A DNA stretch of 64,000 bases from the NCBI GenBank assembly GCA_965637545.1, contig OZ281501.1, forward strand, positions 806,001-870,000, written 5' to 3'. A program made the translations under genes and the position numbers. This document shows, one piece after another, positions 47,597 through 64,000 of the stretch. The stretch comes from Phallusia mammillata (Eukaryota). How positions within the stretch are numbered: position 1 is the stretch's first letter; every line of letters starts with the position of its first letter. The notes under the pieces were generated by a model, which was not told the DNA's origin, did not search any database, and worked only from the letters and a program-made list of their open reading frames with translations.

Positions 47597-48344
47597 GTGT
47601 CGCTCTGTTGTTGCTTGTACAACTGTAAAATGTGTTGCTTTTCCAATACAATTTGGTGATTTCAAAACGTTTTTTAAATGGACATGTTGTGCATACAAGG
47701 CGTAATTTTGCTTCTCGCGTTTTAAATCAGTTTTTGCTTTTGCTGTCCAAAATTTTCAATGTGTTACTTTTTGTGTTGGTAATGTGTGAAAACCAAAGTT
47801 GCTTCAGATTAGAGGAGCTGTTGACTTCTCCTGGTGGCAGAAATGTACAATCCGGTTTTTATGTAACCTGTTATCTTCCTGTGACACACAACAGAACAAT
47901 AAGTTTTTGCAATAGAAGTGTCAAAATTTTGCATTTTGTAATAACATTAGATAACATAACTCAGCCTATGTGGTTGTACTGTCATTTCATAGTAGGCTTT
48001 CTATGTAGGTGTTTGCAAAACAGTAAATCTAGGTTTCGGATCTTCCGCGGAGTTTAGTTAGCAGTGTTTTTTCAAAAAGTGGTTGAAAAGGGATTAAGTT
48101 TCTGCAACGTTTGTGCGTTGACTCCTACCCGTTTTGCTGGTTGCAAAATAACTGGTACGGTGCAATTGCAAACCGTGGGTGGCACTGCTTTTTATCTCTA
48201 TGTCAACATCTTAAAAACTTGTACAACCAGAAGATAACTGAAGGCAAGTACTGCAAACCAAACCCTGGGTTTAAGAGGTTTATGTAATGTAGACATTATT
48301 GAGAGGTAGTTCAAATCTACGGTATTGTCACGAACAGTCTACTC

Positions 48345-48682
48345 CAGTGGTGGCCAACCTATGGCGCATGCGCCAAACGTGGCGCATTGGATGATAAAGG
48401 GCGCATTGTCTTCTTTTCATAATCATGAAAATCAAAGTAATAAACTAATAAATAAATAAAGTAAGCCATCCCTATTGATTATGTATATATACATAGTATA
48501 TCAGAGTTATTTTTTACTTAATAGTTCTTATTACTATCCTTCTCATGCAAAAGTTGTTTCTTTCTCTTTCTCTCTATATACAAGAAGTAGTCATAAAAGG
48601 TGGGGTTACGAGACATTTATGGCGCATCCAACACAGCATGTTAAAAGTTGGCGAATGGTATGTAGTAGGTTGGCCACCCCTG
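48345..48682. mobile_element. hAT-type MITE
   Basis: TIR CAGTGGTGGCCAACCTA...TAGGTTGGCCACCCCTG with 8-bp TSD GTCTACTC. Confidence 0.9.
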
Positions 48683-48928
48683 GTCTACTCTATACCAAAT
48701 GTTTTTTGATGCGTACAAAGCAACTACCATGCTTCTAAACTGAATATACGTAGTTAACCGTCAAAAATCCAGCGAAAGTGGGCTTGCATAGATATATTAG
48801 CATGTGATGAGTTTGGGAGCATGCGGATGCATTTAAAAATCGACGTAATATTGACATATGTGTTGTGTATCTGAAGACACAATTCATTTCCAGCGAAAGG
48901 TCTGTGGTCATATGACCTGTGTAACATC

Positions 48929-48945
48929 CACGTGACATGACGTCA
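48929..48945. promoter_or_regulatory. E-box (CACGTGAC) plus CRE (TGACGTCA) in the IST1 promoter
   Basis: Adjacent CACGTGAC (48929-48936) and TGACGTCA (48938-48945) about 310 nt upstream of the IST1 ATG. Confidence 0.45.
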
Positions 48946-49256
48946 TTCGCATCATATGCTTCGGTCGTGACTCGGTTTGTGTGATTGTGAATCAGATGTC
49001 AGGGAATCATTCTTTACCAAAACATTGGACAAACACAGGAACTGTGGGCAGTAGTATTAATTAGTAGACGTTCATAACGAACATTCAGACAAAGGTTTGG
49101 GAGCTTGTGTGAAATACTAAAGTTTTTTGTTGATAGAAAATTCAGTACAACTTTACAAGCATCAGTAGTCAGTACTAACGTTGATCTATTTGTATGTGTG
49201 TTGGTCTGTGTATCTTTTATATTTCTGATATTTTTTGAAGGTTAACATTTTACAAA

Positions 49257-50453
49257 ATGTTTGGTCCACGATTTAATGAACAAAAACTAAAAGTCAACTT
49301 GGGTTTGGTTCAAACCCGACTTAAACTGATTGAGAAAAAGAAAACTGACCAAGCCCTTCGAGCAAGACCAGAAATTGCAGATTATGTCAAAAATGCAAAA
49401 ACGGATCGTGCTCGCGTCCGTGTGGAGCACATTATTCGAGAAGATTATCTAGTTGAAGCAATGGAGCTGGTCGAAATGTATGCTGATTTGCTAGCGGGAA
49501 GAATTGGGCTTATGAAAAGGTCCAAAGTACTTGAAGAAAGTCTCAAAACACCAATTTCAACCTTAATTTGGGCTGGCCCACGTCTTAGTCAATATTGTCA
49601 AGAGCTCACAACCGTTCAAAACATGCTTGGTGCGTATTATGGCAAGAAGTATGTGGAAGCGTGTATGTCAAATCAAGTTGGCACGGTGTGTGAAAGGGTC
49701 ATGACTAAAATGGATCCTTCGCCACCAAAAAAGATTCTTGTGGAACGGTATCTTATTGAAATTTGTAAAGCTTCAAATGTTGACTTTACACCCGATCCAA
49801 GAGTCATGGAAGAGGAGTTAGAAGGAAGTCGGCCCGCTATTGATACCGACTTCATGGACTTCAACAAGGACTTTCCAACGGGTGGTGGTGGCTCTTTTCC
49901 TGGTGGAAGTGGAGGTGGAGGGTACTCTGGTGGGGGAGGTAATGGCGGCGGCGGTGGCGGCGGTGGTGGCGGAGGGGGACAGGTTGACCCGATTCCATCT
50001 TTCAGTTATGCAGCTGCTGCTTCAGCTCAATACCAACAACCACAGGCTCCATACCAACAACCGCAGGCTCCATATAATCCTGCCCCAGTACAACCAAATA
50101 ACCTACCCCCATATTCTGCAACTGATCCCAACCAACAGGAAGAAACAAAACAAGCTCCTCCACTTCCTCACAAGGATCCTGCTGGTCCTGGAAAAGTTGA
50201 TCTGTCAAATGAACCAGAAGGTGTATCTGCTTCATTACCAAGTTACAACGATTCACTCAACGCTCCTGGCAGCAGTCGTCCAGTGGCAGCTCCACGCAGT
50301 GCCTCTCCAGGAATACCAAACCTGCCTTCAGTTCCAACTAATCTTCCTCATGGTAGCATACCCGGGCCGGATAATAATTCAACTGGTAACAATGATGATG
50401 TGGATTTTGATGACCTCTCAAGAAGGTTTGAAAACCTCAGGAAGAAAACCTAA
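49257..50453 (+). CDS. IST1: IST1 homolog (ESCRT-III-associated), single coding exon, 398 aa
   Basis: Ist1 domain (RLKLIEKKKT...ARVRVEHIIREDYLVEAME), MIM2-like PNLPSVPTNLP and C-terminal MIM1 DFDDLSRRFENLRKKT. Gly-rich and Pro/Gln-rich linker. Confidence 0.97.
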   Translation: MFGPRFNEQKLKVNLGLVQTRLKLIEKKKTDQALRARPEIADYVKNAKTDRARVRVEHIIREDYLVEAMELVEMYADLLAGRIGLMKRSKVLEESLKTPISTLIWAGPRLSQYCQELTTVQNMLGAYYGKKYVEACMSNQVGTVCERVMTKMDPSPPKKILVERYLIEICKASNVDFTPDPRVMEEELEGSRPAIDTDFMDFNKDFPTGGGGSFPGGSGGGGYSGGGGNGGGGGGGGGGGGQVDPIPSFSYAAAASAQYQQPQAPYQQPQAPYNPAPVQPNNLPPYSATDPNQQEETKQAPPLPHKDPAGPGKVDLSNEPEGVSASLPSYNDSLNAPGSSRPVAAPRSASPGIPNLPSVPTNLPHGSIPGPDNNSTGNNDDVDFDDLSRRFENLRKKT

Positions 50454-51800
50454 ACAGCTTGTCAATGTACTGACCGCCTGAACAAAAATGTCACTGCTGT
50501 TTGAAAGATTGTTTGTGGGCTTATGGGTCCACATGCGATATATTATGTTATGTTACTCCACATGCAGTATAGGATTATACCTTGCTACTTTTTCTCCATA
50601 ATTTTCGCAACTACGGTTCTGAAACAAAAGTTTCCTTTGAATGTAGGATCTCAAAACCTGAACAACACTTTTAAATAATGCAAACTCTTATGAGTTACTG
50701 TGCTATTGTAAAACTGGTTGAGCTGTGTAAGAAAGGCTAATGTAAGATACATGCTTTACATTTGCATTTGTATAACATTAGGGCAGTGAACTATTACTTA
50801 TTTAAGATTTGCCGAAGCTGCTATGTTTGTTGAAATATATGACCAAAAGTTAATGTGGTACATGAAGGGCTATTTTAAAATTCAAACTGTAATTTTATGT
50901 TATGTAACTAGGCATTTCTGTTCAATGTAACTTGGACTGGAATTGTGAATGATTGAATTTTGCACTTAATTTCTGAAAAGACACCAACATGTAAATAAGT
51001 TTTACTTCGTTTCTAAATTTGCCTTGCTCTTAGATATTTTTTGCAGCGTTTGTTGTACTAATGTTTACTACTGGTTTGTGTTTTGTTGCGCATATTATGC
51101 AAAAAACACATATATGGTAGTTCTGTTTGTTTCCAATGGTCATGCTTGTAATTAGTCAGGTAATGAGTTTCTAGAGCATTTACAATCTGTAGGTTATTTT
51201 TGTCCTATGCAAGCTAGCATCTAAAAAAACAAAATTAATTTTAACTACATTAAGTTTGTTTCTTTGTTTTATTTAATGTCGGTTGGCTTTGCAATACCTA
51301 AAAGCATAGTGCTTTGAAATAAGAGGTGCCTGCCTGTCCCTAAACTTACAGAAGTTACTTATTTCGCTTGTAAAAATAAATCGAGGGACACAATTGCAGT
51401 AAACAATCTTCAAGCTAGAGAAAAGACATAGCTGCGCAATGTTAAGAATTGATTCACCAGGGTTGTGCGTTGTATAAGGGAAAGCACAAGAGATTGCACG
51501 TGGTAGTGGTTGGCGACGTAACGTTACGCCTTACGTAAAATGCGGCTTTCGTTAAATAACCAACGCCATAAGAAACACCGACAAAAGCTCGAAATGTACA
51601 ACAGATATTGCGAGCTTGAGTTGAGTTTATTTCGCCGGTGAAGCAAAGAGGGAGAGGTACTCACATGGGAGGGCTACAATGGTGGAACCAGTAAAGTTGA
51701 GACAGAAAAAGAAACCCTGCCGGATAGTTTCGGGCGCCGGAAGAAAGGGTGCAGGACGACCGTAATCACGCCAATGAACATGTCATCGATCAAACTACAG

Positions 51801-52011
51801 CAGTAGTTCTCAAACTGTGCGTCGCGACGCCCTGGTGCGTTTCAATTTTCAAAGGGCGTCGCAGAATAGTTCCGTTTTGTGTTTTGTTGTTGTATCAATA
51901 AACACAACTTTAATAACAAGTTTCCTCATTAACTTTTATTTGCTGGTGCGTCGCAAGTCCAGAAAACTTTTGCAGAGGCGTCGCAACACAAAAAAAGTTT
52001 GAGAACCACTG
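51801..52011. mobile_element. hAT-type MITE (family B)
   Basis: TIR CAGTAGTTCTCAAACT...AGTTTGAGAACCACTG with TSD AACTACAG. Confidence 0.9.
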
Positions 52012-52179
52012 AACTACAGTGATGTGTGCTACAGTGAACTTCGATAGAAACGCCAATGACAAACTATAATGTGTTTCTTTTTGAATCATTAGTTTGTGTT
52101 TATGGTTTGAAGAAGTAATAAAAACTGGTAGGTGTTATGAAGTAGCCGTGATTTGCGCAAAATCGAAGAGCTATTTTTT

Positions 52180-52520
52180 TCGTGCACTTATAATGTTGCT
52201 TATTGTGTCCTCAGTGCAGGCTACTCAGGAGACTTGTCTGTGTATCGCAATATAAACTGGTGTGTAGTCGCCACGTGTACGATTATAATGTTTCAAAGTA
52301 GTCCTCAGTGTACTCAAGGAGCTTGTGTATGACCAGACACATGAAAATGTATGCTGAACATGGTGTGTGGTCACAGCGTGCACACCTAATGTTGCTCACA
52401 CCGGTCCTCAGTGTACTAAGAGAGTTTGTGTGTGTGTCATGGACCTCTGCCCGTCTATGCGGCGTATATACTGGTGTGTGGCCACAGCATGCATGTCTAA
52501 CAATGCTCACAGTGGTCATC
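52180..52520 (+). repeat. Degenerate ~100-bp tandem repeat x3
   Basis: GTCCTCAGTG at 52207, 52301 and 52404, each followed by TGGTGTGT(A/G)G and an AATG(TT)GCTCACA-like block. Confidence 0.75.
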
Positions 52521-52534
52521 AAATATGCCTAGAC

Positions 52535-52854
52535 CAGTCCTTACCAAACTGTGGGCCATGGCCCAGTACTAGGCCACCAAGACATTTTCAATGGGCCACA
52601 GAGCCATTTGAACAGATTCTACTGTTTTGTTATACTGTAGATATTATGCACTTTGTTTTGAAAAACACAATATTTGCAAAGAATTCCGAATCTTGTAGCC
52701 AAATTTCAGGAGCATGTATCTCATTAAAAATAGTTGCTAGAAACCATTTCGCCTGTTTTTGAGTTATTTTTTTTGTTTGTGCCGAAATTTACAGCACGTG
52801 GTGAGCCACGAATCGCTATTAAATAGACATTTGGGCCACATACCAAAAAGTCTG
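52535..52854. mobile_element. hAT-type MITE with eroded right TIR
   Basis: CAG...CTG ends, 8-bp TSD GCCTAGAC, repeated GGGCCAC motifs. Confidence 0.75.
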
Positions 52855-54054
52855 GCCTAGACACATAAGGGACAGTCAGAAGGCAGAGAGATCAGTCATT
52901 TCACTCCCAACGCGCGGGAAATTCCCTATCGTAGTCTGTCATAACGTTTCCGTTTTGTAGCCGGACGGAACCGTTATTTGTATTCACACTAATGTTTGCC
53001 CATGTGCGTAAACTATGGACCAACAATAATAGCACTGGACAAATCACAAATCGCGATGTATACTTTACAAGGATTTGGAAAATAACCTCTTAATTCGCCG
53101 ATCAAACGTAAAAAGCGTAGCTATTGATTTTATTGGTGCCTTTTTTCTTTCGAGTTCTTTGTGGTTGACTTGCTCTGCGCACGTTCTTTTTAGCTTCTTG
53201 CGGTGTTTGTTGATCGTATTTCAACGGTACGAAGAATTTGGTCATTACCTAACACCGTTTTTTGGTGATTAGGAAAATGTACTTGCGGTTGTGTATACCA
53301 GCACCTGGTTCAAGTTATGTAATGCTTACATAACGAGCTGGTCGCTAAAAACGGCATGACGAATAGAATTTGTTATGCAACTACAACTTGCTTCGAAATA
53401 AAGACATTTGTTTTCAGGACAGACGCATCAACTGTTGCGCTAAACGTATTTTATCAAGTTATAGTGTTTCATGTGTGCAGAGTAGCGTGTTTATTTATGA
53501 TTTATTGATTTTGCCATTATCGGGAAGGTTGTGCGCTGTTATTATCCGTTTAGGCAAATATTTTAGTATTTTGTGAGACCCGTTTGTAAACTTTAAAGGA
53601 TTATCAAACTGAATAATAATGTTAAAAGCAAACAATGGTTACTTTTTACCAAAGCTTTCATGCTAAATGCACTCTAGAGTAGTTATGTTTGGAATTTATT
53701 TCATGTTCTTTGTCATTTTTATGTTTTTAAAAAATACATTAACTCAGGAACACTATACACGGATCTGTTCATAAGTTTAATAATAAAAATAACGGCCTAA
53801 ATAGACGTAAAAAGTGGTGTGCTTTATTGCTCAAATGTTAACGTAATTAATGACTAATTAAATTCAGCTTAGGGAGTTGTTTGTGAAGTAAACAAGTGTA
53901 TTCTGTGTGTCTTAAAGTCTGCTTAAAATAGACTTATTTCCTAATTAAAGCAAATTCTTTGTTATTAATTATTCACCAGTTATTGTTTGACACTTGTCTG
54001 TAGAAGTAACTGGTGTATTTTGTTAAACAGGTTTTGGAAGGGACTATTTCTGAA

Positions 54055-58548
<4,494 letters not shown>

Positions 58549-59912
58549 AGTTCTGGAAATATGTCAATATTGTATAGGTAATGAACCATTGTCTAAAACA
58601 ATGACATATTATGAAGGCGAACAGCTTTTGGAACTGTTGTATCAAGAAAGTTGTGAAAATTGTGGCCTCCACCAATTGACAACTATTTCCCAAATTCTGT
58701 GGATAAGTTACCACAAAGAGAAGCTTGCAAGTCTTGTTTTTCATCATTTGGAAGCAGAAGTTTCCGGTACATGGTACTTCTTACATGGCTATATTTTGTT
58801 GAGTTTTTTTTCCTATCTTCACATTTTTTGATAAAATTTTGATGTTACACCAACTCTGAGAAACATTTCCAAAAGCATAAGCAAAACAAACTTTGTGTGT
58901 TTCCCATAAATGCTGTGTTAGTTTTCCATCTAGCCATTGCATTTTAAGTTTTCTTTTTATGTTTCTCATTTTCTTAATTATAAATTCTCATTTTCGCCAT
59001 AACTTTTGTGAGATTTTGTCTTTTATCACAGCAAACGAGAACGGTGTGATAAGCCAAAGAATATGCCATTTAATTGGCGATCATGATTTAAAAGAGATTA
59101 TCAAGGTTTCTTGATATATTGGTCTAAAATATAGTCAGTTTATAGTTTAACAAGATAAAACACTGATCACTAATTGTTGATTAGCTCTTAACTGGCTAAA
59201 ATTGGTTTTGAAACTTTTAACTTACAGACATACTTGCTGAAGTTGAACATAGAGACGTGTATAAAGTTTTTCTGTCCCTTTGTTTCCTAGTAAAAGCCTC
59301 ACAAGCTTGCCTTGGTACTAGCACACACTTACTAGGCGACAAAACTGTGTTTATTTGTCTTTGTTATTTCCCGCGACTGGCATCATACACGCAATGTGCA
59401 GTAAAAATTCTGTTTGAAATAAATTGTTGGTGACAATTTGGTGCAAATCATCTAGAACAGCGGTGCTCGGGCATTTTCAGTGCCTGCCCCCTATAACGGC
59501 TCGTTGATTTTAAAACGGCCCTTTAACAGAAAAATATCGACACAAATGTGGCCACTTTCACGACCACTTGACTTGAGGCACAGCTGCACTATGCATGTGA
59601 CCAACTAAGTAAAGTTTTTTGTGCAAAGACGCACAATAAAAACAATTTTTTTGTTTCATAACATAACAACAGACACTTGTTCAATATATGGCCTGCATTA
59701 TTTCACAGGAATGCTGATAGTTTGCTGTGTTTGTATAATCAATCACAACTGACTCAATAAAATAACTTCATTTCACAGTTAACACATGATGAAGCGTTTC
59801 TAAAATCTACACGATAAGCCAATGAGCACAACAAAAACAAGGTAGTACAGCTGGGGTTTCTGACTTTACCCTCTCATGCCACGATTGTAATTAGCTTCTA
59901 ATCTGTAGCAAT

Positions 59913-62900
59913 TCATGGTAGAAAAGGTTTGTTTGAAATCATTTTCTTATCTCCAGATGATGTTTGGGCTTCAGGTTCTGCTCTGTTTTGATCTTTATGG
60001 TCTCTTATAACATCTCTATTGAAATCAAAAATATATGGAATAGTTATAGCTGCCAAGGTGCAAATAAGTTTTGTCAAAACATCAATAGGCCCTACCTACC
60101 AGGCTTAATGGGTTATTGTTAAGTTTTATCACTGGATTTAACAATCACTGACTATTTATTAATGATTAAAATCATATTTGTTTCTTTAATTGTGTTTTCT
60201 ATCCGATTAAAATTTAGACTGAAACATTTTTCTTTTAATACTGCTGGCATAGCATTAAGTACTGGTCAGCAAAAACTTCATTTGATCATTATTTAAATAA
60301 CCTGAAGTGCCTTGCTTGTGTCAGAAACTTGCGACCTTTTGTGATCTCGTTGTTAAGTTTCCGTAGGTCATCCCCCTCAAATGATGGAAGGTTTGGATCC
60401 TGTGTTAAATAAACAACAAAACATTGTTCGCCAGTTCTAGAGATATTGGGAAAAATATTACACACAAATGATGCAAAACTAACAATTGAAAGTTTATTTT
60501 CAGATTACAATGAGTTAGCTAATTTATATAAAACAAATATATTTCACTTATAAAGGTATCATTAGTGTCTTACAAGGTAACACAAGGGGATTAAAATTAG
60601 ACACGGCTAACATAGTATGGATGTATGTGGTGTAGCTGCAGCGCGTTTAATCATGATCCACCAATTGTGCTATCCACTTTTTACGCTCCATAACAGTTAA
60701 CCCTTGCTATTGCATTGCTATGATTTCTTTTACTAAGCAAAATAAACTCAACTCATTTTATATAATATGAAAGGTGGAAATCATTACAAGAATGGTAACA
60801 GAAAAGGGAATTTACTAGGATTTAAAACCCAACGTTACAATATATGTGTACAAAACTACAGCTTTTTTTCTTTTCTTGGTGCCGCTATAAATGCAAACTG
60901 CTAAACAATACATACATCCTCGTCTAAGCATCCATCCTGCATGAGTCGGTGTGCAGCAAAATGTGCGTCAGCTTCACCATGGGAGCGATGGAATCGTCCA
61001 CCAGATGTTGCTGCCAGCTTTTTCAGGAAATCATTAGCAGTCCTGCACAGAAAAAAAATCATTTAAACTTTTTTGCAAAAGGTACAAATTACTCTGAAAA
61101 CTTCGTGTCAATAAACTTTTGCCATACCAAAAGTAATGACTAATTTCACAGTTCAGGTTCAGCCCTAAAAAACTATTTAAGATTGAGTTATGATAAACAT
61201 ACATTCATACTGGGACTAGCTCTGAAGCATTCATGTAGACCAGCGATCATAGCACACTCACATATAAATCATAATATGCCAAGCACATTGAAGGTGTGAT
61301 ATCGAATTGGGACGGTCACAAAGCATTTCCACATGGGAATTTCAATGAGCCTGTCATATTGTATCTTCGATTAAATGCACATTTTCAACTAAAGAAACTT
61401 TTCACTATCATTACAGCACATAGATTTTAAAAACACTGTACACTGATAAACACAAATAAAACCTGTCATCGCAGTTAAACGAGATTGTGTGCACAGGTAT
61501 CTTGCCCTTGTTTAACTCATGTGCTTTTTCAAGAGTCAGTTTGACACTTGTGTCTGGTTTGCCATCAGTCATAAGGTAGATTGCCTCTGCGTCTTTGTCT
61601 TCAAATGCTATCTGAAATACACACATAGAACTGAATGTAGCTTTGTAAGGCAACACTTTTTGAAACCAACACCTACAGTAATATAGATTTATGATCGTAA
61701 TTGAGCAGTAAGCAGCTTTGTGTACACTCTGTTGGTTTGTACGGAATGGTTTAAAATGTGCTTTAAAACTTGACTTGATTAACATTAAATAACAGAACCT
61801 AAACTTCTTAATATATAGTATATAAAAAAGAAAATTTAAATAGGTGTTTTATTTTAATCACTGGTTTTGATTTTGGACCAACTTGTGGTGAATGTTTAGA
61901 CTTGACAAAGATGACATGTTAATTTTGTTTTTGATAAATACTGTATGCTGTAATTTCCCCAACCTCTCTGTTGTGTGATAGTTATCATGAATCCCAAGGT
62001 GCAGCTGCTGTGCTTTTTCTACCATTGAAACCCATGTTAGTTTTAAATTAGCGTATTTTTTACAGTGAGGTTTTGGCAGCAGTTTCCTGTTTCTGTGTTT
62101 TTGATGCAAGTGTTGCTTCTTAATCTTAAATGGAATCCGCAGAACTGAAATGCAATACCATTCCAGTATACTGACCTGCAATGCATCCAAAGTAGCAGTT
62201 CCCCCGAGTGGTTTAAGTGACGACACCCACTGTACTGCGTCATGACATGATGTCTCATTAGCTTCAGTGACACTTTCCTGCCAACTGTTGGTTGCGTTTG
62301 AGAACGAAATAAGATTGAATCTATAATCCAAAACATTAAAACAGTTGCGAACAAGCCTTCTCCTTTGGTATCACAATATCTGATGGCAACTATTGTGACA
62401 TAGGCAACAATATTGTTTTTAAATCAAGTAATTCATATGGTCGTTCAAATAGAAAATGCATGGCCAGTTTTTACCTTTTGGCTAAGCATTTAACCTTATT
62501 TAACCTACTGTAGCCCTTAGTTTTGCACATCATAATGGTGAAACGGCTCCACAATACACTTTAGTGCATTTGTGCTACTACGATTTGTTTCACTTGGCGA
62601 AATAAAATCAAATCAAAATACCTGTTCTATTGGATGACCATGGTTTTGTTCACTAATATAAAAGAAAAATATGTTTGTGTTTATCCACTCACGCTATCTT
62701 GCTGGCATTTAGTTGTTCCCAAATCAGCGAAGTCATTTCCTTCTTTAGCTCCTCCATGTAGAAGCTCATGGAGCCAGATATGTCAATCAGAATGACAACC
62801 TGCAAATAAATACAAGAAGGTGTTGGTTGGAAAGCTCAGACACACTTTTGTTTTGAGTTTTTACGCAAAGTCAGTCGCACTTCAGAACACACAATCTCTT

Positions 62901-63483
62901 TGTTATTGTTAGGTGACATTTAGTGTTGCTTGGTTTGTTTTACTTTTACACCCGATGTTTTGCAGGTCGACTGATGATGCCCTTTTGGGTGAAATATATA
63001 TCGTTAAACAACTCTGTGGACTGATTTTGATTAGGAAGCACTGTTGCTTCGTTAATTATTGTTATTGTTGGGTTGTGCAAAAATGTTAATACAACAGTGC
63101 AAAGCTGTACATTTGTTAATTTACGGAGAGGGTACACTGCGAAAGGACAGACAAAGTATGTACTTCATACCTGGTTCTAACCATTGTTAATTCATGCAAA
63201 GCTCTCTGAAGGGTGAAAAAGCAACAAAAACAGGCCCTAGCAATTGAAGAATAGGATTTCTTAATTCAAATTAAAACCAACAGTTGAATTGATAAGCTTG
63301 GTGATTCGTTTAACTATCTTTTGTTTTCCGACTTACGTTGTTTTCGAGTATATTTCCGAATAGTCTTCTGCTTCCAGACAACAACCACTGCAGCCTCTTA
63401 AGATATCTGTGTATTGCAGATGTAACATGTAACTCATAATCGTCCATCTCGCTCTCCTGCATGTCAATGTGTCTGATTTCTCC
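59913..63483 (-). CDS. VWA3A: von Willebrand factor A domain-containing protein 3A, 3' seven exons (gene continues beyond the window)
   Basis: Exons 63483-63337, 62799-62693, 62320-62176, 61611-61463, 61042-60916, 60399-60302 and 60015-59913 join in frame. Peptides RLQWLLSGSRRLFG, MIDAS-like DISGS, YLMTDGKPDTS and DPNLPSFEGDDLR. Confidence 0.92.
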
Positions 63484-64000
63484 CTGCAAGTATGTAACAA
63501 ATGATTACATATACATATGTGGTCTCTTAGACATTTGACAGTTGCTTGCCCAATATATTACACTTGCATGTCATAATCGTATACACAACTGCAAATAAAT
63601 ACGATGTTGATCATATATATTCTACATAAAGAATACCTTTTTAGCCAGTTAGCAATATTAGGTTTTGCCATGCAAACAAATACAGTTATTTGCATACCAG
63701 TTATACTCATCAATCATTTTTAAGGCATAAAATCCTTGCCAAATCGGTCATGCAATTAATCAGATTAATATAATCATGTGTCAATGCAAACATAACCTTT
63801 AGGACATGACCTGTAATGATAACCAAAGTGAATGATGCTGGGAAAATAAAAACTGGATATATTATTTGATTTGCCATGTTTTCAACAGACAAGGTTATAC
63901 ATGCTATAATAGTAATTAAAGCATCAGGCAGTGTCAAATTGTTGGGTTGCTTTTCGGAAAAGCAGCAACTGTTATTAAAGTTAATTATAAAATATCGCTT

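Noticed and set aside
49840-50481. 213-aa overlapping ORF in IST1
   Set aside because: Alternative-frame shadow of the low-complexity IST1 linker, with a non-ATG start.
51480-51780. GC-rich segment with a minus-strand GTGAGT donor
   Set aside because: No ATG or coherent exon partner; cannot support a gene from sequence alone.

Overview
Eukaryotic, AT-rich, intron-rich animal DNA. The compact introns, gene set and repeat landscape suggest an invertebrate chordate, probably an ascidian (inference). Most ORF-track entries are spurious or exon fragments. I assembled five recognisable genes by hand: ARMC4/ODAD2 (+, 19 exons, 20040-31094), EIF1 (+, 45963-47596), an intronless-CDS IST1 (+, 49257-50453), a UBE2E-family E2 (+, 54055-58548) and the 3' part of VWA3A (-, 59913 to beyond the window). 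Two unnamed minus-strand genes are also supported. One is a signal-peptide first exon at 17935-18088 facing a >17.9 kb motif-rich non-coding tract. The other is an orphan secreted, furin-site-bearing, amphipathic-helical protein (38926-36643) that resembles a long-chain four-helix cytokine. Non-coding highlights are a 3.5 kb interstitial TTAGGG-laced satellite with higher-order structure just upstream of EIF1, several minimal hammerhead-ribozyme motifs of Penelope type, many hAT-type MITEs with clean 8-bp TSDs, and a foldback element carrying a tRNA-like Pol III core. No CRISPR array, rRNA or intact tRNA gene was found.
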